Source of the DNA: Alphaproteobacteria bacterium
Lineage (GTDB): Bacteria; Pseudomonadota; Alphaproteobacteria; Bin95
DNA length: 64,000 nucleotides
Assembly (NCBI GenBank): GCA_963665325.3
Contig: OZ224045.1
Span: 1,568,001 to 1,632,000, forward strand
Direction: 5' to 3'
The translations under genes were made by a program, and so were the position numbers. Of this stretch, positions 39,665 to 49,410 are shown one piece after another. Each line of letters starts with the position of its first letter. The first letter of the stretch is position 1. The notes under the pieces were generated by a model. It had not been told where the DNA came from. It made no database searches and worked only from the letters and a program-made list of their open reading frames with translations.

Positions 39665-40303
39665 TTACTCCGCTCTCGAGAAGTCTCCGGTTTCCGGGTC
39701 CATCGTCCAGAGTTCCCCTTCGGCAATGTCGAACCAGGCGCCGTGAAGGCTGAGGCGCTTGCGGTCCTCCAGGATCGACACACAGGGGAAGGTCCGCAGA
39801 TTCGCTATCGACTGGCGGATCGACGCCCGTTCCAGCGCGGTCTGCCGCTCCGCTTCGGTCAGCCACCGGCTGCCCGCTATCGCTTCTGCGGCAGGCCTGA
39901 GCAGGTTCATCCACCTGCCGATGAAATCGCCCGGCGAGAGCGGTTCCGCCGCCGGGTGAAGCGCCGCCCGGATGCCGCCGCAGCGCCCGTGCCCGAGCAC
40001 GACGATATGCCGGACCTTCAGGCTCTGCACGGCGAACTCGAGCGCGGCCGACGTCGAGTGGTAGCTGTCGTCCGGCTCGTAGGGCGGCATCAGGTTGGCG
40101 ACATTGCGGACGACGAAAATCTCGCCCGGCGCGGAATTGAAGATCGTCTCCGGCGCCGCCCTCGAATCGCAGCAGGCAATGACCATGATGTCAGGCGCCT
40201 GCCCTTGCTCGGCGAGCATGTGGTAGCGGTCATGCTCCCGTGCATACCGGTCGTTCTTGAAACAGCGGTAGCCCGTGAGAAGCGGTTCGGGAAAACCTTT
40301 CAT
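39665..40303 (-). CDS. Beta-class carbonic anhydrase
   Basis: CCDSR, RNVAN, GHGRCGG. Confidence 0.94.
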   Translation of the reverse strand: MKGFPEPLLTGYRCFKNDRYAREHDRYHMLAEQGQAPDIMVIACCDSRAAPETIFNSAPGEIFVVRNVANLMPPYEPDDSYHSTSAALEFAVQSLKVRHIVVLGHGRCGGIRAALHPAAEPLSPGDFIGRWMNLLRPAAEAIAGSRWLTEAERQTALERASIRQSIANLRTFPCVSILEDRKRLSLHGAWFDIAEGELWTMDPETGDFSRAE

Positions 40304-40356
40304 GGGGGATAACCTCCCTCGGCGCTGTTTCGTTCGCCGGGCTTCGCCTACGCTGG

Positions 40357-40384
40357 CTTGAAGCGGCTACAGGGCGCTCCATAT
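40357..40384 (+). promoter_or_regulatory. Putative sigma32 promoter upstream of the DJ-1/PfpI gene
   Basis: CTTGAA-N16-CCATAT. Confidence 0.55.
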
Positions 40385-40426
40385 CGCCTGCGACCGGTAA
40401 CGACAACCGATGGACCCGAAATCGCC

Positions 40427-41113
40427 ATGCCATTCCAGACCGGCCTTCTCCTCTTCCCCAACCTCACCCAGCTCGACATGACAGGCCCCTATGAGGTCTT
40501 CACCAAGTTTCCGGACTCCGAGGTCCATCTCCTCTGGAAGACCCTCGATCCGGTGACGGCCGCCGGCGGCATGCAGCTCTTGCCGAGCATGACCTTCGCC
40601 GACTGCCCGCAGCTCGACCTCGTCTGCGTGCCGGGCGGCGCGGGCATGAACCCGCTGCTGAACGACGAGGAGGTGCTGGACTTCCTGCGCCGCCAGGCCC
40701 CGGGTGCGCGCTACGTCACCTCCGTCTGCACGGGCTCGCTGGTGCTCGGCGCGGCGGGGCTGCTGCAGGGGAGGCGCGCCACGACTCACTGGATGTCGCT
40801 GCCGATGCTGGCCGCCTTCGGTTGCGAGCCGGTGGCCGAGCGCGTGGTCGTGGACGGCAATGTGATCACCGGCGGCGGCGTCACCGCCGGCATCGATTTC
40901 GCGCTTACGGTGGCGGGGGAACTGCTGGGCGCCGAGGCCGCTGAGAGGATCCAGCTCGGCATGGAATACGACCCGCACCCGCCCTTCGACGCCGGCAGTC
41001 CGGAACGGGCCGGAGCGTCCGTCGTCGATGCCGTGTGCAAAGCGGCGGCGGCGCGGCAGACCGAGCGCGAAGTCGAGATCGAACGCGCGACGGCCCGGTT
41101 CGCTTCGCGCTAG
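40427..41113 (+). CDS. DJ-1/PfpI family protein (isonitrile hydratase-like)
   Basis: TQLDMTGP, SVCTG, GGVTAGID, EYDP.PPF.AG. Confidence 0.9.
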   Translation: MPFQTGLLLFPNLTQLDMTGPYEVFTKFPDSEVHLLWKTLDPVTAAGGMQLLPSMTFADCPQLDLVCVPGGAGMNPLLNDEEVLDFLRRQAPGARYVTSVCTGSLVLGAAGLLQGRRATTHWMSLPMLAAFGCEPVAERVVVDGNVITGGGVTAGIDFALTVAGELLGAEAAERIQLGMEYDPHPPFDAGSPERAGASVVDAVCKAAAARQTEREVEIERATARFASR

Positions 41114-41985
41114 TCGCGGATCCAGCCGGGACCCCAGAGATTGAGCGTGCGCTCCTCGGCAGGCCAGAGCCGGGGCGCCATTTCGCGCGGCATGTGCTCA
41201 ATCTCCGCCGAGAGTTCCACCGGGTCGCCGTGTGGGTCCTGGATCATGAAGAACAGGTTGTTGCCGGGGCCGTGGCGGCCGGGGCCCCACCAGATCTTCT
41301 CGCCCCTGTTGGCGAAATGGTCGGCCCAGTCGCGAATGTCGGTCCAGCCGCCGGTTTCATAGGCGTGGTGGTCCGCCTTGGTCTCCGAGGCGGCGAACAC
41401 GGCGAAGCTGTGGTGCTCCTCGTCGGAGCGGTAGAAGGCGACGCGGCGCGAGCCGGGGTCGTCCATGTCCGCCAGCACATAGTCCGAGGGCGCGAAACCC
41501 AGCACTTCCTCGTACCAGCGCATCATGCGGTCCAGGTTGTCGCTCGCGACCACGACATGCTGCAGGCGGGCGGTGAAGCTGCGGCCCGGCACGCCGTTGA
41601 CCGTGCGGATCGCCGGAAGGTCGGCGCGCGGCAGACCGAACACCGAGAGCCAGCCGTCGGGGTCGCGCACCGCGACGGCGTCGGGGTCGAACACGGCCGA
41701 CGGCGAGGGCTCCATATTGATTCCCTGTCCTGCGATGAAGGCGCGGACAGCATCGAGCTGCGCGCGGTCCCTGAGCCTGAAGCCGTGATAGGGGCGGGCG
41801 CCGGGCTCGCCCCGCCCGATCACCAGGCGCCGGCCGGGCCCCTGAAGCAGCCGGGTGCCGTCCGCCAGTTCGAAACGGTCGAAGCCGAGAAGCTCCGCGT
41901 AAAAATTCGCAAGCCGGTCCGGCGCATCGCTGTCCAGACGCAGGTGATCCAGCGGAGCGGGCCAGATCGGCGAGTCTGTCGTCAT
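41110..41985 (-). CDS. VOC-family extradiol dioxygenase-like protein
   Basis: LQHVV, EHHS, HHAYE, WGPGRHGPGNNLF. Confidence 0.85.
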   Translation of the reverse strand: MTTDSPIWPAPLDHLRLDSDAPDRLANFYAELLGFDRFELADGTRLLQGPGRRLVIGRGEPGARPYHGFRLRDRAQLDAVRAFIAGQGINMEPSPSAVFDPDAVAVRDPDGWLSVFGLPRADLPAIRTVNGVPGRSFTARLQHVVVASDNLDRMMRWYEEVLGFAPSDYVLADMDDPGSRRVAFYRSDEEHHSFAVFAASETKADHHAYETGGWTDIRDWADHFANRGEKIWWGPGRHGPGNNLFFMIQDPHGDPVELSAEIEHMPREMAPRLWPAEERTLNLWGPGWIRD

Positions 41986-42070
41986 CGGGTTGCCTCGCTT
42001 TCTTGCCTTTGGGCGCCGGGGGGAGGAAGATGGCGCCGGATTCGCTGACAGGCTGGGAGAATAGGCGAAG

Positions 42071-43054
42071 ATGGGTGCGACACCTATTCCGATTGTCGAT
42101 ATCGGTCCGGTTCTCCGGGGCGAGCCGGATGGGCCGGAAAGGGCGGCGGCCGAGCTTTCCGATGCCTGCCGCAATGTCGGCTTCTACTATTTGCGGGGCC
42201 ACGGGGTGCCGCGCCCGCTCATCGATGCCGCGTTCGAGCAGGCTCGCCGTTTCCACGCACAGCCGCTCGAAGCCAAGATGGCGCTAAGGGCAGGCGCCGA
42301 CAATGTTGGCTACATGCCCTACAGGGGGAGCGTGTCCCGCGCGTCAGGCATCTATCTCGGCGACCGGCCGAACCGGAACGAGGCGTTTTTCATGAAGCGC
42401 GACCTGGCCCCAGACCATCCGGACGTGCTGGCAGGGAAGCGTTTCCGCCCGCTCAATCAGTGGCCGGACGAGGCGGCGCTGCCGGTGTTCCGCAAGACGG
42501 CGCTTGCCTATGCCGAGGCCCTGGAAACGGTAGCGAAAAGCCTGTTGCCGCTCTATGCCCGCGCGCTCGACCTTGCGCCGGACTTCTTCGACGCGGCGTT
42601 CGCGGACCCGCAATTCACCCTCAGGCTGACGCATTACGACCCGCCCGAGCACTTCGAAGACGACGAGTTCAGCCTGGCGCCGCACACGGACAGCTCGTTC
42701 ATGACCCTGCTCGCCACGACGGATGTGCCGGGCCTTTCGATCCGGCTGCCGTCGGGCGAGTGGGTCGAGGCGCCTTCGGAGCCGGACTGCTTCATCGTCA
42801 ATATCGGAGACATGGGCCACCGCTGGACCAACGGCCGTTTCCTCTCCACGCCGCACCGGGTGCGCAACCTGTCCGGGCGGGAGCGGTACGCCATCCCGTT
42901 CTTTTTCGACTGCAATATCGACTATGAGATGGTCTGCCTGCCGACCTGCTGCGGCCCCGACGATCCTCCAAAATTCCCGCCGACGACCTATATGGACTAC
43001 ATGCTCTGGTTCACCGGCGCGAACTACGCCCATGCGCGGGAAAACGCTGCCTGA
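42071..43054 (+). CDS. 2OG-Fe(II) oxygenase, isopenicillin N synthase family
   Basis: HTD...STPHRV...RYAIPFF. Confidence 0.9.
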   Translation: MGATPIPIVDIGPVLRGEPDGPERAAAELSDACRNVGFYYLRGHGVPRPLIDAAFEQARRFHAQPLEAKMALRAGADNVGYMPYRGSVSRASGIYLGDRPNRNEAFFMKRDLAPDHPDVLAGKRFRPLNQWPDEAALPVFRKTALAYAEALETVAKSLLPLYARALDLAPDFFDAAFADPQFTLRLTHYDPPEHFEDDEFSLAPHTDSSFMTLLATTDVPGLSIRLPSGEWVEAPSEPDCFIVNIGDMGHRWTNGRFLSTPHRVRNLSGRERYAIPFFFDCNIDYEMVCLPTCCGPDDPPKFPPTTYMDYMLWFTGANYAHARENAA

Positions 43055-43099
43055 ACCGCGGCCGACAGCCCGATAACCGGAGAACAACGGTCCAACGCC

Positions 43100-44551
43100 A
43101 TGCGTCTTGCCATCGCCCTGATCCTGTTTGCGGCCATGACGGCCGTTGCGCCGCCGCTTCGCGCACACGGCACGCCCGACAGCTTCGCCGAACTCGCCGA
43201 AAAGGCGCTGCCGGCGGTCGTCAACATCTCGACGCGGCAGACCGTGGAGCGGCAGCGCTCGCCCGACCTGCCGCAATTCCCTCCCGGCTCGCCTTTCGAG
43301 GAATTCTTCCGGAAGTTCTTCGACAGGGAACCGGGCGACCGCCAGGACGCGCCGCCGCGCCGGGCGACATCGCTCGGTTCCGGCTTCATCGTCGATCCTT
43401 CCGGCTTCATCGTCACCAACCACCATGTGATCGACAAGGCGGACGAGATCCTGGTCCGCCTCCAGGACGACAGGGAATTGCAGGCAGAGGTGGTGGGGCG
43501 CGATCCGAAGACCGATCTGGCGGTGCTCCGGGTCGAATCCGACGAGCCGCTGCCTTTCCTCGAATTCGGGGATTCGGATAAGACGAGGGTCGGTGACTGG
43601 GTCGTCGCCATCGGCAATCCGTTCGGCTTCAGCAGCACGGTCACCGCAGGCATTGTCTCGGCCCGCAAGCGGGACATCCGCGCCGGACCCTATGACGATT
43701 TCATCCAGACCGATGCGGCTATCAACAAGGGTAATTCCGGCGGCCCGATGCTGAATCTGGACGGCAGGGTGATCGGTGTGAACACCGCGATCACCTCGCC
43801 CTCGGGCGGCAGCGTGGGCATCGGTTTCGCCGTGCCGGCCTCGCTTGCCGCTCCGGTGATCGACCAGCTCCGCCGCTTCCGCGAGACCCGGCGCGGCTGG
43901 CTCGGCGTTCGCATCCAGAACGTGACCGACGAAATCGCTGCGGCGTTCGAGGGATTCGGTGAACCGCGCGGGGCGTTGGTCGCCGCGGTAATGCCCGATA
44001 GCCCGGCCGACCAAGGCGGAATCCAAGCGGGGGACATCGTGCTGTCCTTCGATAGCAAGCAGGTGGAGAAGATGCGCGCGCTGCCGCGCATCGTGTCCGA
44101 TGCGGAGGTCGGCGCAACGGTGCCGGTCGAGGTGTGGCGGAAAGGCAGGGTCGAGCATCTGGAAGTCGTCGTCGGCCGCCTTGAGGAGAACGACCCGGTG
44201 AGCGCATCGGCAGAGAGCACCACGAGCGAGCACCCGGTCGAGGCGCTGGGGCTTGTGGTTGCCGGGCCGAACGACGATCTGCGCAAGGAATTCGAGCTCG
44301 ACGAGGAGACACTCGAGCGGGGCGGCCTGGTCGTTGTCGGGGTGGCTCCCGGCAGCGACGCCGAACAGAAGGGCCTTGAGGCCGGCGATCTCATCATCGA
44401 GGCCGACCAGGCCTCCGTGAGTCGTCCGAAGGACCTGGAGGAGCGTATCGCGGCAGTGCGCGAGGCGGGGCGCCGCTCGGTCCTGCTGCTGGTGAATCGC
44501 GGCGGCGAGGATCGCTTCGTGGCCGTGCTGCTCAAGTCCGAAGCGGAGTAG
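43100..44551 (+). CDS. degP: DegP/DegQ serine protease
   Basis: TNHHV, TDLA, GNSGG, two PDZ domains. Confidence 0.92.
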   Translation: MRLAIALILFAAMTAVAPPLRAHGTPDSFAELAEKALPAVVNISTRQTVERQRSPDLPQFPPGSPFEEFFRKFFDREPGDRQDAPPRRATSLGSGFIVDPSGFIVTNHHVIDKADEILVRLQDDRELQAEVVGRDPKTDLAVLRVESDEPLPFLEFGDSDKTRVGDWVVAIGNPFGFSSTVTAGIVSARKRDIRAGPYDDFIQTDAAINKGNSGGPMLNLDGRVIGVNTAITSPSGGSVGIGFAVPASLAAPVIDQLRRFRETRRGWLGVRIQNVTDEIAAAFEGFGEPRGALVAAVMPDSPADQGGIQAGDIVLSFDSKQVEKMRALPRIVSDAEVGATVPVEVWRKGRVEHLEVVVGRLEENDPVSASAESTTSEHPVEALGLVVAGPNDDLRKEFELDEETLERGGLVVVGVAPGSDAEQKGLEAGDLIIEADQASVSRPKDLEERIAAVREAGRRSVLLLVNRGGEDRFVAVLLKSEAE

Positions 44552-44556
44552 CCGGA

Positions 44557-45708
44557 TTGGGCTCGAGAACAGGCGGGGCGATCCGGGTCGCGCGCATCCG
44601 GATCGAGGTCTTCCGCGCGCCGATGCCGAACCCTGTCGTGGTCTCGTTCGGCGCGATCGCCGAGCGGGTCATCGCAATGGTTGGGTTGGAGGACGCCGAC
44701 GGGGCCGTCGGCCGGGGCGATATCTGGGGGAATTTCCCGTCGATTACGACCGAATACCGCGCGCGTCTCGCAGGCCAGCTGTTGCCGGACCTGCTTCTGG
44801 GCAAGGTCGTTACCGACATCCCGGCGCAGTACGCCGCCATGATGCGGCAGTTGCGCGTGCTTGCGATCCAGTCGGCGGAATATGGCCCCGTCGCCGCAAT
44901 CGTTGCGGCAGCCGACCAGGCGCTCTGGGATCTGGCGGCGCGGCGCCGGGGCGTGCCCCTGCGCCGCCTGCTGGACGCCGGCGCGCGGGACCGCATCCCG
45001 GCCTATGCGAGCGGCCTCAATCCCGGCGACGGGCCGGAAGCCGCCGGACGGGCGCGGCAGGCGGGCCACCGCAACTTCAAGCTCAAGGTCGGCTTCGGGG
45101 AGGAAACCGACCGGGGCAATGTCGAGGCGATCCGCCGCGACATGGGCGCCGGCGAGCGCCTGTTCGTGGATGCGAACCAGCGATGGGACCTTGAAACGGC
45201 CGAGAAGGCTGCGGGATGGCTGGCGGATGCAGGCGTCGGCTGGCTGGAAGAGCCGATGCGGGCCGACATGCCCGACGGGCACTGGCAACGGCTCAGGACC
45301 GCCATGCGCCTGCCGCTTGCGGGCGGCGAAAACCTGGCCGACCACAGTCTGATCGACCGGGCGCTCGGCTGGCTGGACATCATGCAGCCCGATGTCGGCA
45401 AGTGGGGCGGCGTCTCCGACAATACCGCCATTGCGCGCCGTGCGCTGGCCCGCGGGCGGACCTACTGTCCGCACTGGCTGGCCGGCGGGCTGGGGCTGCT
45501 TCACTCGGCCAATATCCTGGCGGCGGTCGGCGGTGACGGCCTCCTGGAGATGGATGTCAACGCCAACCCGCTCCGCGAAGCCGTAATCGGAGAGGCGCTT
45601 GAGGTGGAGGACGGCCAAGTCCGCCTGCCGGACGGGCCGGGCCTCGGCGTTGAAATCGAACTGGAGGCGATGGCCGGCTGGCGGGTCTCCTCCGAGGAGT
45701 TCGTCTGA
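44557..45708 (+). CDS. Mandelate racemase/muconate lactonizing enzyme family protein
   Basis: KLKVG, DANQ, WLEEP, GGEN, QPD. Confidence 0.88.
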   Translation: MGSRTGGAIRVARIRIEVFRAPMPNPVVVSFGAIAERVIAMVGLEDADGAVGRGDIWGNFPSITTEYRARLAGQLLPDLLLGKVVTDIPAQYAAMMRQLRVLAIQSAEYGPVAAIVAAADQALWDLAARRRGVPLRRLLDAGARDRIPAYASGLNPGDGPEAAGRARQAGHRNFKLKVGFGEETDRGNVEAIRRDMGAGERLFVDANQRWDLETAEKAAGWLADAGVGWLEEPMRADMPDGHWQRLRTAMRLPLAGGENLADHSLIDRALGWLDIMQPDVGKWGGVSDNTAIARRALARGRTYCPHWLAGGLGLLHSANILAAVGGDGLLEMDVNANPLREAVIGEALEVEDGQVRLPDGPGLGVEIELEAMAGWRVSSEEFV

Positions 45709-45718
45709 GGAATCCGGG

Positions 45719-46690
45719 CTACGCTTCTTCGGTCAGCTCCGGCACGACCCAAAGCGGGTCGGAGCCGCGCGCGACGCGCTGGACATTGTCGAAGGCGTTG
45801 CGCACCCGCGCGGTATTGCTCTCGAAGGTCGGGCCGGCGAGATGCGCGGTGAGCGTGACGTTCTCCATGTTGAAGAGCGGGTTGTCCGCCGGCGGCGGCT
45901 CCTCGTCGAACACGTCCAGCCCGGCAGCGGCGATGGTCCCGTCCGTCAGCGCCGCGCATAGCGCCGCCTCGTCCACGACCGGCCCGCGCGAGGTGTTGAC
46001 GAGAGTTGCGGAGGGCTTCATCAGCGCCAGTTCCTCGGCGCCGATCAGGTGGCGCGTCGAGGCGTTCAGCGGCACATGCAGCGAGACGATATCGGCCTCG
46101 CGGAGCAGCTCCCGCAGCAGGCGGAAGCGCACATTGAGCGCGTCCTCACGGTCCTCCGCCAGACGTTCGATGTCGTAGTAGATCACGGTCATGCCGAAGG
46201 CCAGCGCCAGCCTTGCGGTCTTCTTGCCGATGGTGCCCAAGCCGACAATACCGAGCGTCCGGCCGCGCAGCTCGTGCAGGCGCGGCGTGCTGTTGCCGCG
46301 CCAGTTGCCCGCCGCCACCGTCCGGTGCTGGCGCACAAGCTGGCGCGAGGCCGCCAGCGCCAGCAGGATCGCATGCTCGGAAACGGCGGTGGAGTTGGCG
46401 CCGCCATTGTTGCAGAGCGGCACGCCGGCGCGCCGGGCCGAGTCCAGGTCGGCCTGGTCGTAGCCGGCGCTCAGAAGCTGTATCAGCTTGAGGTTCGGGC
46501 CCGCCTCGAACAGCGCATCTTCCACGAGCCCGTCCACGAAGCCCACGAGATATTCGGCGTCGCGCATCGCGTCGAGATATTCGGCGCTGCCGGCCGGCAC
46601 GATGGAAAGCTCGAAGCCCGAGGGGGCCGCTTCCCGCGCGGCGAGCGCGGCATCGGGGAACATGGTCACGAAAACGATCCTGGGCTGCAT
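45719..46690 (-). CDS. D-isomer-specific 2-hydroxyacid dehydrogenase
   Basis: GLGTIG, NTSRG, LDVFDEEP, HLAG. Confidence 0.9.
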   Translation of the reverse strand: MQPRIVFVTMFPDAALAAREAAPSGFELSIVPAGSAEYLDAMRDAEYLVGFVDGLVEDALFEAGPNLKLIQLLSAGYDQADLDSARRAGVPLCNNGGANSTAVSEHAILLALAASRQLVRQHRTVAAGNWRGNSTPRLHELRGRTLGIVGLGTIGKKTARLALAFGMTVIYYDIERLAEDREDALNVRFRLLRELLREADIVSLHVPLNASTRHLIGAEELALMKPSATLVNTSRGPVVDEAALCAALTDGTIAAAGLDVFDEEPPPADNPLFNMENVTLTAHLAGPTFESNTARVRNAFDNVQRVARGSDPLWVVPELTEEA

Positions 46691-46887
46691 GGTCTCCGTC
46701 CGTTCCTTGAGGGTCTTGGAGGGCGGCCGCCGCTGCGGTCCGCCAAAGGGGTCAACGCGAAAAACGGTAGCGGCCGCCGGACGGCCTGTCCATGCGGCCC
46801 CTGAAAGTTTGCGGCTGACAGGATGGAGGCTGTTGGGAATACTGCGCGGGACGAAATGGCGGCAGCCGCTGTCGGGAGAGTGGCCGG

Positions 46888-48063
46888 ATGACTATCGACA
46901 AGTGCATCAACCTCGACGATTTGCGCGCGATGGCGAAGAAGCGCGTGCCGAAGCTGGTTTACGACTTCATCGAGGGCGGCGTGGACGACGAAGACGGGCT
47001 CCAGCGAAATGAGGACGCCTTTCAGCAGCGCTCCCTCGTGCCGCGTTACATGATCGATGTCTCGAAGATCGACCAGTCGGTGGAGCTGTTCGGCCACACC
47101 TGGTCCAGCCCCTACGGCATCGCGCCCACCGGCGGCATCGGCAATTACCGCCGCGGCGGCGACCTGATGTTGGCGCGAGCCGCCCGCGACGCCAATATCC
47201 CCTTCATCATGTCCGGGGCTTCCAACGCCTCGATGGAGGACATGGCGCGCGAGGCGCCGGAGCATGGCTGGTACCAGATGTACACGGCGAAGGACCGGTC
47301 GATTTCGGAAGACATGATCCGGCGCGCGGCGGACCTCGGGATTCCGGCCCTGGTCGTCACGGTCGATGTTCCCGTCCATTCCAACCGCGAGCGCAACCGG
47401 CGCAACGGCTTCACCCGCCCGCTCAGGCTCACGCTCGGAACGAAGCTGGATACACTCCGGCATCCACTCTGGCTGAAGGACTACATGCGCCACGGCTTCG
47501 CCATGCTTGAGAACTGGAAGCCCTATGCGCCGGCCGGCGCTACCGCGCTGCAAGTCGGAGAACTCATGGCCCAACAGGTCCCGGCCAACCTCACCTGGGC
47601 CGATATCGAGCGCTTCCGGGCGCTCTGGCCGCGCACGCTGATCCTGAAGGGCGTCATGCGCTCGGACGACGCGCTCCGGGCGGCGGAGGCCGGGGTGGAC
47701 GGGCTGATGGTGTCCAACCACGGCGCCCGCCAGCTCGACCGGGCCCCGTCCCCGCTGGACGTGCTGCCGGCGCTGCACGCAGCGGTGGGGGACCGCATGG
47801 CGCTGATGCTGGACGGCGGCGTCCGGCGCGGCGCGGACATCCTGATCGCGCTCGCGAGCGGGGCGAAGTTCGTCTTCCTCGGCCGGCCGACGCTCTACGG
47901 CACCGTCGCCGGCGGCGCGGCCGGGGCGGTCAAGGCCGTCACCATCGTCCGCGAGGAGATCGACAAGGTGATGGCCCAGATCGGGTGTCCGTCGCTCGAC
48001 CAATTGGGTCCGGAATTCCTGCACGGGGACCCGGAGGACGCTGGACGTAACATCCGGCTCTGA
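46888..48063 (+). CDS. FMN-dependent alpha-hydroxy acid oxidase/dehydrogenase, copy 1
   Basis: SNHGARQLD, DGGVRRG, GRP. Confidence 0.92.
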   Translation: MTIDKCINLDDLRAMAKKRVPKLVYDFIEGGVDDEDGLQRNEDAFQQRSLVPRYMIDVSKIDQSVELFGHTWSSPYGIAPTGGIGNYRRGGDLMLARAARDANIPFIMSGASNASMEDMAREAPEHGWYQMYTAKDRSISEDMIRRAADLGIPALVVTVDVPVHSNRERNRRNGFTRPLRLTLGTKLDTLRHPLWLKDYMRHGFAMLENWKPYAPAGATALQVGELMAQQVPANLTWADIERFRALWPRTLILKGVMRSDDALRAAEAGVDGLMVSNHGARQLDRAPSPLDVLPALHAAVGDRMALMLDGGVRRGADILIALASGAKFVFLGRPTLYGTVAGGAAGAVKAVTIVREEIDKVMAQIGCPSLDQLGPEFLHGDPEDAGRNIRL

Positions 48064-48226
48064 CGGCCGCGGCCGGAAGCCCGAAGCGGCGGCTGCGGTC
48101 TGCAACCGCAACTTCGAGAGTGAAGGGGCCGTTCGGGCCGGACAGTTGCCGGCCGACAGGATCGAACCCATTTGGGAGTGCTGCGCCAGCTGGATCTACC
48201 GCAGGCGATGCCGGGAGAACGGCCGG

Positions 48227-49396
48227 GTGAATATCGACAATTGCGTCAACCTCGACGATCTGCGCGTGCTGGCGAAGAGGCGCGTGCCGAAGCTGGTTTA
48301 CGACTACATCGAAGGCGGCGTGGACGGTGAGGACGGGCTCCGGCGCAATGAGGGCGCCTTTCGGCGGCGCTCCCTGGTGCCGCGCTACATGGTGGATGTC
48401 TCTACGCTCGACCGGACGGTGGAGTTGTTCGGCCGCACCTGGTCGAGCCCCTACGGCATCGCGCCCACCGGGGGCATCGGCAATTTCCGCCGCGGCGGCG
48501 ACACGATGCTGTGGCGGGCCGCGCGGGACGCGAATATCCCCTTCGTCATGTCGATTGTCGCCACCGCCTCGATGGAGGATATGGCGCGCGAGGCGCCCGA
48601 GCATGGCTGGTACCAATTGTCCGCAGCGAAGGACCGGTCGATCTCCGAAGACATGATCCGGCGCGCGGCCGACCTCGGCATTCCCGCCCTGGTGGTCACG
48701 GTCGATGCGCCGGTCCATTCCAACCGGGAGCGCAACCGGCGCAACGGCCTCGGTGGCAAGCTCACGCTCGCGACGAAGCTGGATGCGCTTCGCCATCCGC
48801 TCTGGCTGAAGGATTACATGAAGCATGGCTCCGCCATGCTGGAGAACTGGCGGCCTTATGCGCCGGCGGGCTCCAACGCCAAACAGGTCGATGAATTCGT
48901 GGCCGGACAAAGGCCGACCGGCCTCACATGGTCCGATATCGAGCGGTTCCGGGCGCTCTGGCCGCGCACGCTGATCGTGAAGGGCGTCCTGCGCGCGGAC
49001 GATGCGCTCCGCGCGGCGGAGGCTGGCGCGGACGGGTTGATTGTGTCCAACCACGGCGCCCGCCAGCTCGACAGGGCCCCGTCCCCGCTGGATGTGCTGC
49101 CGGCGCTCGACGCGGCTGTGGGCGACCGGGTGGCGCTGATGATGGACGGCGGCGTCCGCCGGGGCGCGGATATCCTGATCGCGCTTGCCAGCGGGGCGAA
49201 GTTCGTCTTTCTCGGCCGGCCGACCCTCTACGGCGCCGTTGCGGGAGGTGCGGCCGGGGCCGTCAAGGCGGTGGACATCCTCTGCGACGAGATCGACAAG
49301 GTGATGGCCCAGATCGGCTGCCCGTCGCTCGACCAATTGGGTCCGGAGTTCCTCCACTGGGACCCGGAGGACACAGGGCGTAATATCCGCCTCTGA
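48227..49396 (+). CDS. FMN-dependent alpha-hydroxy acid oxidase/dehydrogenase, copy 2 (tandem paralog)
   Basis: Highly similar to copy 1; GTG start aligned with the copy 1 ATG. Confidence 0.9.
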   Translation: MNIDNCVNLDDLRVLAKRRVPKLVYDYIEGGVDGEDGLRRNEGAFRRRSLVPRYMVDVSTLDRTVELFGRTWSSPYGIAPTGGIGNFRRGGDTMLWRAARDANIPFVMSIVATASMEDMAREAPEHGWYQLSAAKDRSISEDMIRRAADLGIPALVVTVDAPVHSNRERNRRNGLGGKLTLATKLDALRHPLWLKDYMKHGSAMLENWRPYAPAGSNAKQVDEFVAGQRPTGLTWSDIERFRALWPRTLIVKGVLRADDALRAAEAGADGLIVSNHGARQLDRAPSPLDVLPALDAAVGDRVALMMDGGVRRGADILIALASGAKFVFLGRPTLYGAVAGGAAGAVKAVDILCDEIDKVMAQIGCPSLDQLGPEFLHWDPEDTGRNIRL

Positions 49397-49410
49397 CGGC
49401 CCCGCAACCT

